From positions 2,976,001-3,040,000 of the forward strand of contig JBLDXI010000003.1 in NCBI GenBank assembly GCA_047495785.1: 64,000 bases of DNA, read 5' to 3'. The position numbers and the translations under genes are program-made. This stretch comes from Lepidodermella squamata. Lineage: Eukaryota > Animalia > Gastrotricha. The notes below the pieces were generated by a model. The model did not search any database, had not been told where the DNA came from, and was given only the letters and a program-made list of their open reading frames with translations. This document shows, piece after piece, positions 11,579 to 23,416 of this stretch; within the stretch, counting starts at the first letter, position 1, and each line of letters starts with the position of its first letter.

Positions 11579-12627
11579 CGAGTATTCGCCTGATAACTGA
11601 AATTGTTAGTCTATAGCTGAACCGAATATTTTACAGACACGAGTGCGAAAAGTGAAATTATGGAAACAAGAACATGGATTAAGATAGTTTCTCAGCACGG
11701 ACTGAAATGATAAAAATGCCCAGTCATTACCACCCGAGCTATGATAAGACAGTTAGCACTATCACACTTCAAAATAGACGAGTGATTTCTCTATTACATA
11801 TAATGCAAAAATAAAACATAGATTGAGCTAGTTTTTTTCTTGTTCATGCGTGGAATGATGACGGTGCGAAGCTAGATTAAGAAATCCACCCTACACCCTG
11901 ATAAGACTCTTGGATGTTGCTAATCGGAAACAGAATGTGTATAACGCAACGGCCATTCGAGCACAGTGTGAGCGTATTCTGCTACATACAGGGTGTTCTT
12001 TTTTTAAAACCGAACATCCGCCGCGCGCGTTGGAAAATCGCGTGCTACCGCAAATTTTTATGCACAAAATTAAATATCCTTTTAAAAATATTTTTATTTT
12101 ATTATATTAATAATTTTTTTTAAATAAAAATTTTGTTGCTACGGAAAAGCGTGCTGCGCGATGCCGCGCGTTTTCGCGTTGTAGCCGCTCCGCGCACCGC
12201 AAGTTCCCCGGCGCGCAACTTCATCCCCGTAATTCCGCATTTTATCACCGGTGACGACACCTTTGTTAGTGTTTTTCTGATAGCATTTCAAGCATTTAAT
12301 TAGGCAGCCGGCGTCATTTTTTCTAAATATGGCTCAATTAGACGTATGCGCTAAGCCTAAACAAGCCATTTTTATGCCGTTTTTCGCAGATCTTAAGCGT
12401 TTAACCCCGGAAACTTTCACCTAAGTGCGGTTATACCTTGCGGAAACAGTGTTTCTAAGTACAGTAATGTATTCTCTACAAGACTACCACAGCCGTTTTT
12501 GTAGGATGATGGTTATTTTTAGCACGTCTGCCCTAACAGCCAGCCGGTCTTTCAGAGCATAGATCTCATTATCACCATCTTCAAGGAGGTCTATGCCTTC
12601 AAATCACCCGTCAAAAACACTGTCTCT

Positions 12628-13740
12628 CATTGTTTTCTTGTAAAGCAGAGTAAATACTACTTAGTTACCGTTACTTTTTGGAGGGTCACCGCGGTTTTTC
12701 ACTTGCTGCTGCTATGGATGCATTCTGTCGATAAATGGAGTTTTTCGGGATATTCGGAACATTTACAATGTTAGCAAACAATTCAGCGGTCAAATGGGGG
12801 CTCAAATAAGTGAATTCACTAGGAGACATAAATACTTTGACAATGAAACAAGAAAAAGTCGGTGTTGCCATACTAACTCGTGAGCAGGAGGGACTTCCTT
12901 CTGCCATACCTGCTGTGTTAGATCTCATCCTCTGGCCAGATGAACGAACGTCAAGATGGTCCATGTCATGAATTTTGCTTAATTAGCATTGTTACTCATT
13001 GTTTTCTGGTAGAATAGAGTGTAAATTTCTTAGTTACCATGTCTTTTTGGGGGGTCACCGTGGTTTTCTCGTTTTACGGCTTAGGATGCATTTAGACGTT
13101 AAAATGGAGTTATTCGGGTTTATCGGAACGTTTATTGATGCTGGGAAATAATCAACAGTCAGATATGGGTAAAATTGGGTGATTTCGCTTGGAGACTATA
13201 TCAATATGAAGACAAAGCAGAAAAAAGCTGGTGTTGCCGCCGTAATTCGAGCGCAGGATCGACTTTCGTCTGCCCTACACACTCTGGTTAGACGTCATCA
13301 TTGAGTCAGATCAGCAACCTTAAGGATAGCCCATTTCATGAAATAATCTGGTAAGAACAATCTTTCTCATGGTTTTCTTGTAGAATAAACTGTATATTTC
13401 TTAGTTACCATTACTTTTAGGTTGGACAACGCGGTTTTCCGCTTTAAGTGGCTTGGCATGCATTTTTCGGGTTTTTTCGGGTTTTTCGGGATATTTTTGG
13501 TCGTAGCAAATAATTTAGCGGTTAAATTTTGGCCAACATGAGTGAACTTGCTAAGAGAAGATGTCAGTTTGACAATAGAGCAGAAAAATGCTGGTGTTGC
13601 CGCCCTAACTCGAGCGCTGGGTCGGCTTTCTGATACCATACCATCCTTGTTAGAGGACGTTTCAACGCGTTGTAGCCGCAATCCTTCGTGATTTATGGGG
13701 CCATATGACGTCGATGCATGAATTTTAGGCATTGTGTGAA
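12628..13740. repeat. Three diverged ~370-bp tandem units inside the TIR element
   Basis: cat(t/g)gttttct.gta...ttagttacc at 12628, 12997 and 13368; ggtgttgcc at 12861, 13230 and 13593. Confidence 0.8.
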
Positions 13741-14424
13741 TATATAGCTTTAATCTTGTTAAAATTCTGCAAAAGACTTTACCCGTTGACACATTTCAGC
13801 CGCTGCTACTGGTTTTCAGCGGCCGCATTAGGGCTAAGGTTTGAAATCGTTTGTTTTCGCTTATTCTTCTATTTCTCCGGGAGTGGGGCGCGTTATATTA
13901 TTGTGATTTATTGCGCTTGAAGTTACATCAATCAAATAGTTTACCACTAAAATATTACAAGAAACGTAAAATCTATGCGAGAATGCTGGACTGTTCTTAC
14001 AGGACGCGTAGAATCAGAGATCAAAGGGATGCATATAAAAGACAAAGACTGGCGTGGTGTTAAACTTGCTTTGTTACCGCAGTCTCACAAACAGTTACAC
14101 CCGCCCGCAACTGCGGTTACCGCAGGGAAATGGATGACAGGACACGGGCATCACCATGGAATATTCCCGCCGCTGCCCTGCGCCGCCGCAAACGAGTGAT
14201 CAATGTCTGAATAAGATCTCGGTTATCAGTCCTAAGCGTTGTCTCAGTCATCGGCTGTTTTCAAATCTCCGGCGGATCCAGTGATACCAATGAATTTTTC
14301 GCCGAAAATGATGCTAAATTCTCACTCTTAACGACTCACGCCGCGCGCCGGATGCTGCCAATGATGTTAAAGTTTACATGACGTTTTGTTAAACACTCAA
14401 CTTGATCTGAATGGTGCAAATAAA

Positions 14425-14857
14425 CGGCTGTTCATAGCCTAGCGATGTTGATTTTCCATGCTATGGATGTTATGGATGCACTTATGGGTAAAAGAGATGC
14501 TAAGCGCTCTCTTTACTTGAAAGCAATCTTGCTATAACGAATTCCTTACTAAGGATGTCCTTACTAAGCAAGACATCCTTAGCAAGATGGCTTCCAAGTA
14601 AGGACGCGGTGTCACTGGTATGCTTGGTAGGAATGGCTTACTCAACAATCCTTACTCAGACTTCGCCGCTTCAGACTGAGCGATCTAAGGATCTGATCTC
14701 AGATGGACCTGTGCACCTTAAAAGACGCGGCGTAGAGTGAAGAGTGAGTGTCCATAGTTATGACTATTAGGATGACAGTCCTTACTAAGCACCAAGCTAC
14801 GCTGACTTGTAAACCACTATCCTTAGTAAGGAACATGACTGATGTTACGAACAGCAG
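14425..14857. mobile_element. Nested MITE-like element with tccttactaagga subrepeats
   Basis: Imperfect termini cggctgttcata / tacgaacagcag, taaa on both sides, and an internal inverted pair ttccttactaaggat (14542) / atccttagtaaggaa (ends 14833). Confidence 0.55.
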
Positions 14858-17376
14858 TAAACGAAATGAACTGAGTGGCTAAATCATCGTAATCTAAAAT
14901 ACCTTGTATTTTTCTTTTGATATTATGAACATGTTCTACGAGACAGCTTTGATGATAACGATGGTAACGCCTTTGAGATCAGCTTTAATTAGTCTATAGA
15001 AGTTAGTTACGGCTTCACTGCGGACGACGAAGTATCACACAAGGATGAGAGAACATCAAGGATAAAGAAGGAAGGCAACGTGTCTTCCGCATCAGCAACA
15101 TCTATGCCAGTAAATTCGACATGTTTCCCCCCAGCTTTCCGTTTATTTACATGATACCACTGCCCTTTTCATCGTGAAACAGCTAGTTGCATTGCATTTC
15201 GCCCAGAAAAGGGTGCGTTTCTCTGATCCGCGGACTGAAACTTGAGCGACAAGTTTTCAAGGCCGCTTGTTATATCATTAGACTCCTCAAGACAGCAGAA
15301 AACCACGTTGCACCGCCGTCTTCTTGATTCCAGCGGTGGATTTCAACGGCAAGGAAGCGCAATTTAAGGCTCTTTTCACCGATTTTGGGTATACCACATT
15401 GCGAAAACTGAGACCGAATAAGAAAAAACGGCGCGGCTAAAACATTTAGCTCGCTTAACTGACTTGAATGATGCGCGGCAAGGAGCCGCGCGCTTGCCGG
15501 TTACCTTAGGAACCAGGCGCGAAAACCATGATTTCAGGCGTTTTAACCGCTAAAATTGCGTCGACGTGGCAACGCGCGCTAAAATTCAAGGGCATCGTGC
15601 AATTGAAAATAAAATTAAAAATTTATATTAAAAGTGATAAAAAATTATTTTAGTAAAATTATTTTCGTAAAATAGCCGGAAAATTTATTTTTCGCGACTA
15701 CGGCAGGATGTTCGGTTTTAAAAAGAACACCTTGTATTAGAAAGTAGCTCAGGACAGCGATTAATTCAATCATCTGAAACCGCTATATAGCAAATTAGCC
15801 CAAAAATCGCAAAAAGTCAAAACAACTGCTCATGGAATAATCCCTAGACACAATAAGAGCCAGAAGTATTCTGACAATGAAGAAACTCTGAGAGCCGCTA
15901 TCTTTGATTCTGGGGCTCTGGGAAGGAGCTGCTGCACCTTAAACGCTTAACTTTTGACTAGCGATATTCCATAGCTCGAATCTGATTCCGCTGGACTTAT
16001 TCGCTGGACGCTTTCGGGTTTCTAGCAATCTGGCTTGCCGGCGGAATTTCAATGCGAGAGAACCCAGAATACTGCTGTCGCCGGTTGCTTTGTATTTTTT
16101 TGAACAATCGAAACGTTCTGAAAACAGCCTTGCTTATAGAATTCGGTATTTAAACAAGATTTTAAAGCTCTTGCACATTCTTCGCCTGCCCGTAGCAACA
16201 GAATACGTGGAATTTCCGTAGGATGAAATATGCAAATGAGCTATTTCCGTAATACGGAGCTGTCCGTATCGTGAAAAGTGGCCCGTAATACAAAATAAGT
16301 TCCGTATTTTGAGGTGGATTCCGTATGACGAAATGATCAAAATTTACGTGATTCGTGATACGTAATACGTATTACGTAATGCGTTTAAAGTTCACGGAAG
16401 TCATTTGAGGATCCACCTCAAGTTCGAAGAATGTTAGTAGTCACTTGCAACCACCGCAGAATTACCAGCAAGAGAGAAAAAGTGAGAAAGAGTTCTCTCC
16501 CTACTATGGTTTGCAGAAGTGTGGGTTTATTAAGTAATGTTAGCAAAAACAATCTCTCAGCCCGCAGGCTAAATAGAAATGACCGTACTTAGAGTGGTCC
16601 TTTAGTTTTAGCAATATTTAATATTCACAGCTACGGCCTCGTGTATTAAGCGAGGTCGACGGAATTACAGAAAAACTATATATACAATGTTATATGAGTT
16701 AATATACAAGGAAGCTTCCATCCAACGCCTCGGGCCGCCGCTTTGCGCGTGCCGCCACCCGAGGCCCAACCGCTGCCTGCATCGACGAAAATGTACAAGA
16801 AGTCCAACAACCGCCAGAGGTACCAACAACCAACAACACATCGCCTCGGGCCGCCGCTTGGTGCGTGCCGCCACCCGAGGCCCATCCGCTACCAGGATCG
16901 ACGGTCACCGCCGAACTGCATCAACGATCAGCAAGCTGAGGTCCATGACTCTTAGGTTCATGTCTCAGTAGTACAATTCAATTTAAAGAATCTAGGATCT
17001 AGGACAAAAATAGAAAACATAGCCGGACTTGAACCGGGGCCTCTCACGGCACTAAACCAAAGACGATTTAAACCGGACACGAACCGATGCCTTTCACACA
17101 CAGAGAGAATTTGAAAAGAGAATTTGAAAAGAACTAAAGGGACTAGAGAAAGATATAAGATACAAGAGAGGAACCCAGAGGGAACCTACTGCGCACGGAT
17201 TGCAGCTATCCGCCGCTAGTCAGGAACCGGAAAGGCCCGGCCGCGCAGGGAGCGATGTTACCTTGCACCGCCACCCACAACGAACCGGTCCTCCCCGCGA
17301 CAAGCTGCGCTCGGGCCGTTGCTTCCGTGGACCGCCACCCGCCGCTGGCTAGCCGCCTCTAACACCCGACAGTAAC

Positions 17377-20355
17377 CTAAACAGCTAAAATCGTAGGGAG
17401 TCGATCATCTGACGTTCGAATAGCCGGTAGAGGACCAGCGCCCAGAAGATGGTCAAGAAAGAAACGAACCGGCGATTTACTCTCCGGCATGGGCCTATCA
17501 CGACTCTGGCGAACTATTCCGCCTAGCACACTACCTGCTTCGAGCGCCCTGTTGAAACAATGGAACGACAAGCTGGACAAACGGTCTTGGATTACTTGGA
17601 AGTCGGGAAACGTCGCCTGCAGTCGCCGCTGATAAAGTTGATCCGGGCACCGACGGGGGAGCCCCAAGATGATCTTGAGGGCCCGCCTCTCTAGGACCGC
17701 CAGTGTTTCGATATACTGTGGCTTCGAGTTAGCGAACGCCGGAGCACCGAATTCTAACAACGGCCTGATTACGCTCTTGTAAAACAAGAGGCCCAAGGTG
17801 GGGTGGGTCTTGACTTTTCCGCGAAAAAGAGCGAAAATACGAGGGAGAGCTCGGGACGACACGTGTTGTAAGTGAGGCGTCCAGCATAGGTGCTTGGACA
17901 GCCAAACGCCCAGATATTTGAATTCCTGAACCCTTGGCAAGCAAATGCCGCCTAGCTGGAGCTGACCAGCTGTGTGATTTACATTGGCGCCGAATGCGAC
18001 CCACTCGCACTTCCTCGGGTTCAGGTCTAGTCTCCAACGCTGAGACCAGCGTTCTGTGACCCGAAGTGCCGCTTGGACACGAGCAGTTGCAAGTGGGGCC
18101 GGTCGCCCAGTAGCCCATACAGCCTGGTCGTCGGCGTATGCCGCCGCGGCAGTTCTCTTTAGTGCGTCGTCCTTGTCTACCTCCGCTGGGAGGGACGAAG
18201 ATGTGTAGATGATGAAGAGTATCGGGGATAATGGTGATCCCTGAGGGACTCCGCAAGCTACCTCGACATCCTCACTAAAGCTGTCCCCTACTCTGACTCG
18301 CATACGCCTGTCGCGTAGAAAATCGGATATCCATCGCACAACGGCCACGGGTAGGCCGAGGCCTTTTAAAACCATGCGTAAACCGTTGTGCCAAATGGAG
18401 TCGAAAGCTGCCTTGTAGTCCAGGAACGCCACAACAGTAGTTAATTTATCAGGTCTGCCCAACTCATCTTTATGCACGAACCCGTCTGTGATGTCATGCA
18501 TAAGTCTGAGGATGGCATCCAAGACTGACAGCCACTTCTGGAACCCGACTTGGCTTGGCGTCAAAATCTTGTTCCGCAAGCAGAACTCAAGAATGAACCC
18601 AGCCACGACGGCCTCCAGAAGCTTTGCCATGCAGCTGGTTAAGGAAACTGGCCTATACCCATCCAGGGACCGTGGGGATTTCCCCGCCTTGGGCACCGGT
18701 ACCACAATTCCAATTTTCCAAGCAGCTGGCAGATAGCCGGCGTTCAAAGATAAATTAAACAGGAGAAGGATAGCCTCTAGGAGAGGTGGGGGAGCGTTCT
18801 TAATCAACGGGTTGAGGATCCCATCTTCCCCGGGAGCTTTAAGCTTCAACCGGGCAAGCTGGGAGTTGAAGGCGTTCCTAGAAATCATGACGTCTAATTT
18901 ATCTGGTATTGTTAGAGAGGCATTGAGCTCCTCGTCTACCTCGCATGCTTGGTCGATCGAGTCCCAAAATTCTTGGTCCGCCTGGTGCGGTGAGCTACGA
19001 GGCGCGGCTTGGAACGTCGGCGCCCAATTTTCAGCAAAAACCCTCGCCTTCTCTGGGTTTGACGTCACCTTCGTCCCGTTCGCTAAGTCAAGGGTGGGGA
19101 TCACGCGTTGCGAGCCTTTCGATTCCCCCAAAATACGCTGTGCGTGTTGCCACGCCAGGGCAGCTTGCTGCGCCTGAAAAAGCTGTGCTATGTGGTTCAA
19201 CCGCCGCCGACATTTTTTATCCGCCTCTATCGCGACCTCTCGCGCCACCTGCCGTGTCGCAGCATTTAAAGCCGCTTTAGACGCAGCAGAGCGTTCGTTT
19301 CGATTTTTCCTGTCGCACCGATTCCTAGCTTCGATAGCCCGCTTTACAGCATGGCTGAGACGCACCTTAGGCAATTTAGCCACCGGCACACGAGCTAGCG
19401 TGGTTTTCGCGCTACTCGTTATTACCTCGGATATACTTGCGGCAAAGACGTCCAGCGCCCTAACCGAGTCCCCGCCTTTTGGGCGAACGACTGGCGCTAT
19501 CTTTTCCGCGCATACTCTCTGGTACTCAGGCCAGTCGGCGTTCAAAAAATCGAAACGAAGGTCCCGAGCGGCTGCCGGCACCGAGGCATTGGCCAACGGT
19601 GAACAGGAGTTCCGCTCCGGGAGCACGAGTGTGAGGCCCGCGATAGTGACGGCATGATCACTTCGATAGCAATCTAGAACAGCAGGCGCACGGTTGAAAC
19701 ACTTATCAGCAGCCAGTGAACTGAGCCATACATCTAAGACTCGAGACACGTTACCTTCCCTGAACCGCGTGGGAGCAGTTGGCGAGCTATGCAAAACCAC
19801 AGAGGAGGATTTTAGGTACTCCGAAAGAAGCCCCCCGCTTCCCGTTCGCTGAACGTTCCAGTCCGCGCAACCTAACTCTTCCGCCCAGGCGTTCAAGTCG
19901 CCAGCGAAGATCGAGTTTGTAGACGGATCACTCAAGACCTCTCTAATGAAAGATGTGTCTAATGGGCTATGTGAAGGATTGTACCCTGTGGCAATCGTAA
20001 GTCTCGCTGAGGCGTTGACTTCGCCTACTAGCAGCTCAACTGCAAGCCACTCGCCTCTAGAGGCTGGCGCAAACTTTACTTCGGCACAATCTAGTATTGG
20101 CTTTGACTGACTAATGAAGATTGCGACGCCGCCACAGTTTGGCCCGTACGCTCCTAATCTATCTACGCGGAAAGCAGTGTAGCCAGGGAGGTCGAATTGT
20201 TCGCCGAACTTCAGCCATGTCTCGTTTAAAAGAATGACATTAGGTCCATATTGCTCTATAATGTGGAGAAGTTCAGCTCTCTTCCCCTTGATGCCCTGGC
20301 AATTCCACTGGATTACGATGATTCTACTTTTTCTGAGTGTACTAAGACTAGGCAT
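17377..20355 (-). CDS. LINE ORF2: apurinic-type endonuclease + reverse transcriptase (992 aa)
   Basis: APE motifs QWNCQG, LNETWL, GGVAI, GDLNA, SDH; RT motifs KAPGEDG, YRPVSLTS, FLDYKAAFDSIWH, GVPQGSPLSP, YADD, KYLGV; no RNase H seen. Confidence 0.96.
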   Translation of the reverse strand: MPSLSTLRKSRIIVIQWNCQGIKGKRAELLHIIEQYGPNVILLNETWLKFGEQFDLPGYTAFRVDRLGAYGPNCGGVAIFISQSKPILDCAEVKFAPASRGEWLAVELLVGEVNASARLTIATGYNPSHSPLDTSFIREVLSDPSTNSIFAGDLNAWAEELGCADWNVQRTGSGGLLSEYLKSSSVVLHSSPTAPTRFREGNVSRVLDVWLSSLAADKCFNRAPAVLDCYRSDHAVTIAGLTLVLPERNSCSPLANASVPAAARDLRFDFLNADWPEYQRVCAEKIAPVVRPKGGDSVRALDVFAASISEVITSSAKTTLARVPVAKLPKVRLSHAVKRAIEARNRCDRKNRNERSAASKAALNAATRQVAREVAIEADKKCRRRLNHIAQLFQAQQAALAWQHAQRILGESKGSQRVIPTLDLANGTKVTSNPEKARVFAENWAPTFQAAPRSSPHQADQEFWDSIDQACEVDEELNASLTIPDKLDVMISRNAFNSQLARLKLKAPGEDGILNPLIKNAPPPLLEAILLLFNLSLNAGYLPAAWKIGIVVPVPKAGKSPRSLDGYRPVSLTSCMAKLLEAVVAGFILEFCLRNKILTPSQVGFQKWLSVLDAILRLMHDITDGFVHKDELGRPDKLTTVVAFLDYKAAFDSIWHNGLRMVLKGLGLPVAVVRWISDFLRDRRMRVRVGDSFSEDVEVACGVPQGSPLSPILFIIYTSSSLPAEVDKDDALKRTAAAAYADDQAVWATGRPAPLATARVQAALRVTERWSQRWRLDLNPRKCEWVAFGANVNHTAGQLQLGGICLPRVQEFKYLGVWLSKHLCWTPHLQHVSSRALPRIFALFRGKVKTHPTLGLLFYKSVIRPLLEFGAPAFANSKPQYIETLAVLERRALKIILGLPRRCPDQLYQRRLQATFPDFQVIQDRLSSLSFHCFNRALEAGSVLGGIVRQSRDRPMPESKSPVRFFLDHLLGAGPLPAIRTSDDRLPTILAV

Positions 20356-20737
20356 TATTGGAGTATTGAAGGGGCACTCCAGAAAATGGTCGCTGAACGA
20401 GAGTAGGCTGTTGGCTGTACTGCGACTGGATCATCATGGATTGACCAAGCTGACCAGCGTCCCATTGAAACGTTGGCGAGTTCGGGTTTTCGACGCTGTA
20501 ATGCGAAGGAGAAAGGACGGCCATGTTCTGCGAAGCCATCATGGCTGGGCGAGCGATGATATGCTGGGGGAACGCTTGTGCCCGCATGTCGCCGGCGGTC
20601 TTGGCCCGGTTGAAGGCGTCCATAATCCTGACAAACAGCCGATCCTCCATCTCTTGGATTGGAAAAGGCTGTGCTGCGGCTGCGACTACTGGTGGCACTG
20701 GCAGACCCTGATTCATCAGCCTCTCTAGTGCGACCAT
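20348..20737 (-). CDS. LINE ORF1 C-terminal remnant
   Basis: Open frame whose stop overlaps the ORF2 ATG by 8 nt (aATGccTAG); low-complexity Q/P/A-rich sequence; its ATG lies at the apparent truncation junction. Confidence 0.55.
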   Translation of the reverse strand: MVALERLMNQGLPVPPVVAAAAQPFPIQEMEDRLFVRIMDAFNRAKTAGDMRAQAFPQHIIARPAMMASQNMAVLSPSHYSVENPNSPTFQWDAGQLGQSMMIQSQYSQQPTLVQRPFSGVPLQYSNNA

Positions 20738-21430
20738 ATAATAGTTAAGAATAATTAATCATTGATTTTTTAGACACTTCCCCCTTCAGTCGTGAGCCTC
20801 CTCTGAAATGCTCATCTCATTAGCATATGCACAGTCGCATTTATTTCACTTTTTACAGAATTACGCGCCGTATTCCGTGAAACTTTGCCACGTATCGTGT
20901 AGAATCTCTAAATTATTTTGTATTTTCTAGATTTTTCACGTAATACGGTCTGTGTATACGTTACGTGGCCCGATTTCACGAAATACGGCATTTTCTCACG
21001 TTACGTATCAGGGTTTCACAAAATACGGGATTTTTTACGGAATACGGCCCATATTTCATGAAAATCACAGAATACGGGGCTCGTACTCTGTATTTTGTGA
21101 CATTTTTTCATACGATACGGAGATTTTTCACGAAATACAGAATACGGCATTGAAATGTTGCTACGGGTGGGTCCTAGAAAACAAGTAGAAAACACCTCCG
21201 CTTCCGGATCTTACTTCGCACAATGGCTGGATCAAGAAGTCGTATCACTTCTCTTAACTCAATATTTGTTGAAGTTCAATCGATCCCTTTTTACGATGAA
21301 TGCAGTAAGTTGGACGAGGTGATGAGGCTGTGGAATGGAAGGAGTATCAACAGCTGTCAAAATTGTTGAAATCACAATAAGCGAATATGAGCCAGCACAT
21401 TGGTAATATTAATTCATTTCATTTAGTTGT

Positions 21431-21948
21431 TTAAGCGGTATCAATTTCTAAAATTATTGCTACTGCTGAGATAAGAATTATAACTATAACAACAACGGTC
21501 CACTCCAAAATATGTTTACACTTATCTTTACAAGTGCTGCTTGAAGGGTTGTCATCACCCAAAGCGTTCGCCTGCGTAAACGGATTGATGACAACGGGAT
21601 CTGCTGTAACTCGATCGAGCTCTTCTATCATAATTCGAGAATTCACTTGTGTCGGAGTGGTTCGAGAGGATTCAATCTCGTCGTAGGATGGTGGCGGTTG
21701 AAAAGCCCTCATTCAAGCTCATTCGAGTGATTAGTCAGGGGAAGATCGCTGCTGTAGGTCGGTGGAAGTGTCGATCCTGTTGGCGGAGCCTCGGCTGGTG
21801 GCGGAATCGAATCATTGCCAACAGCAAGTGCGTCTATCGAAGCCACGAATATGGAAACGTAAGAAGGAGGCAATGACAATGTCTGGCTACAAAGCAAGAA
21901 AGACTGATAGGCCCTTCCGAGATCAAAGCTTTTGATTTACTTTTCCAT
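21431..21948 (-). pseudogene. Subfamily-A PPxY gene with a 1-bp frameshift at ~21710
   Basis: Close paralog of the 11066 gene; ...GAG CTT GAA TGA with RAFQPPPSY...TM continuing in a shifted frame. Confidence 0.78.
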
Positions 21949-22143
21949 CGAGTATTCGCCTGATAGCTGAAATTGTTAGTCTATAGCTGAACCGAATATT
22001 TTACAGATAATAGTGCGAAATTTGATTTCTCTATCAAATTAGGAAAACAGGAACATGGATTAAGCTAGTTTCTCGTGCATGGACTATAAGGATAAGAATG
22101 CACATTCATTACCACCCGAGCTATGATAAGACTGTTGGAACTA

Positions 22144-22783
22144 CAGTAAAACCTGTTATCTCGAACTCTGTGTATCTCGAAATCCTGTGTATGTCGAAGT
22201 CTTGACGAGGAACCGTGGGTTTTTCAGCATATAGCCCATATTATTCACTCTGTGAAGTCGAACTCTGTCTATCTCGAAAGTCGAAGGGCGGGAAAGGAAC
22301 GGTAGCCATGTGGTGCATTATTGTGACTCTTTGAAGTCGAATGTTCGAAGCTCTTTCTTAATTTTGAGCGATACCGCGCGCGCAAGGCAAGGCGTGAAGT
22401 GGCTAAAGAGACTCTAAGCGTGTTGTTTACCTACCTGCAGCGCTCTCGGCGAGACGCTAAAGCTGCTCGTAATCGTCAACCCCCGCGTTGCGTAATCCTA
22501 CTTGAACACTTTATTTCAGGTCACGCGGCCTATCCCAGCGCATTTAAGGCCGACAACGCGGCTTGTGACTTGAGTAATTACAGAATATTTCAAATCTAGC
22601 GCTAATATTCAATAAAATGTTGCTATTTGTGCTCTAAAATATTGGGGTGATGAAATAAACGCTTTAAAATAGGCCCATGGGTGATTTTATGCGATATATG
22701 TCAGTCTCCCTCTATCTCGAATCTCTCTGGAAGTCGAATAGGTCGAATGGCACCGTGAGACTTCGAGATAACAGGTTTTACTG
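22144..22783. mobile_element. pogo/Tigger-like MITE
   Basis: TIR cagtaaaacctgttatctcgaa / ttcgagataacaggttttactg; TA TSD; empty site actatcacact in the paralog at ~11758. Confidence 0.9.
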
Positions 22784-23182
22784 TATCACACTTTAAGATA
22801 GACGAGTGATTTCTCTTTTCTCTAACTTATTACAAAAATAAAACAGATTCAGCTATTACATGCGTGGAATGATGACGGTGCACAGCAAGTGCACACCCTG
22901 ATGAGACTCTTGGATGTTGCTACGCGGAAACTGAATTTGTATCACGCAACTGCCATTCGAGCACAGTGTGTTCGTATTGGGCTATTCGAAGTTCGAAGGT
23001 AGCTTTGGACGGCGATTAAGCCACCAGTCAATCATCTGAAACCATTTCATAGCAAATTAGCCCAAAAAAGTTAGAGCCAGCAATCTGTCAACAAAGTAAC
23101 TTTGAGAGCCGCTCTCTTTGATTCTGTGGCTCAAATTTTGAGAAAGGTCTGATGCGCCTTAAACGCGGTGCGATTTTGAGTA

Positions 23183-23352
23183 CAAGTGAAACCTGTTATC
23201 TCGAAGGGCTACGGTTCCGAAAAATGCATTCGACATACAGAGAGTTTCGACATAGAGAGAGAAATTTGGCTTATGTGAACTATAGACGGTTCTACGAAAA
23301 GTGTTCGACATTCGACAGATTTTCGACAGGTTCGAGATAACAGGTTTTACTG
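23183..23352. mobile_element. Short member of the same pogo/Tigger-like MITE family
   Basis: aaacctgttatctcgaa / ttcgagataacaggttttactg termini, TA-flanked. Confidence 0.8.
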
Positions 23353-23416
23353 TATTAGATGACATTTCAAGTTTGATGCGAAATTCAGATATCCAGTTCT
23401 CATAGAGATCAGATTT

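Larger units (their letters stand above)
11989..15734. mobile_element. 3.7-kb Tc1/mariner-like non-autonomous TIR element
   Basis: TIR CAGGGTGTTCTTTTT..AAAACCGAACATCC at 11989 and its reverse complement ending 15734; TA on both sides; the flanks are contiguous in the paralogous segment at ~22980-23000; no transposase ORF. Confidence 0.85.
16405..20737 (-). mobile_element. 5'-truncated non-LTR retrotransposon (APE-RT, Jockey/I-group-like)
   Basis: ORF1 C-terminal remnant overlapping an intact ORF2, and ~950-nt 3' region with AATAAA (16531-16526). Boundaries approximate; no poly(A) or clear TSD seen. Confidence 0.85.
16189..21167. mobile_element. CMC/EnSpm-like non-autonomous element (CCC...GGG ends, 2-bp TSD) interrupted by a LINE
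   Basis: TIR cccgtagcaaca (16189) / tgttgctacggg (ends 21167); TG on both flanks; dense atacg/cgtat subterminal repeats in both arms (16189-~16400, ~20740-21167). Confidence 0.75.
21227..23165. repeat. Segmental duplicate of 10761-11986 + 15737-15945
   Basis: Colinear similarity of gene, intron, downstream region and promoter (e.g. gctggatcaagaagtcgt at 10760/21226; caatcatctgaaacc..tagcaaattagcccaaaaa at ~15767/~23029). Confidence 0.85.

Noticed and set aside
17729-19657. Several 80-175 aa ORFs overlapping LINE ORF2
   Set aside because: Antisense or alternative-frame shadows of a GC-rich coding sequence.
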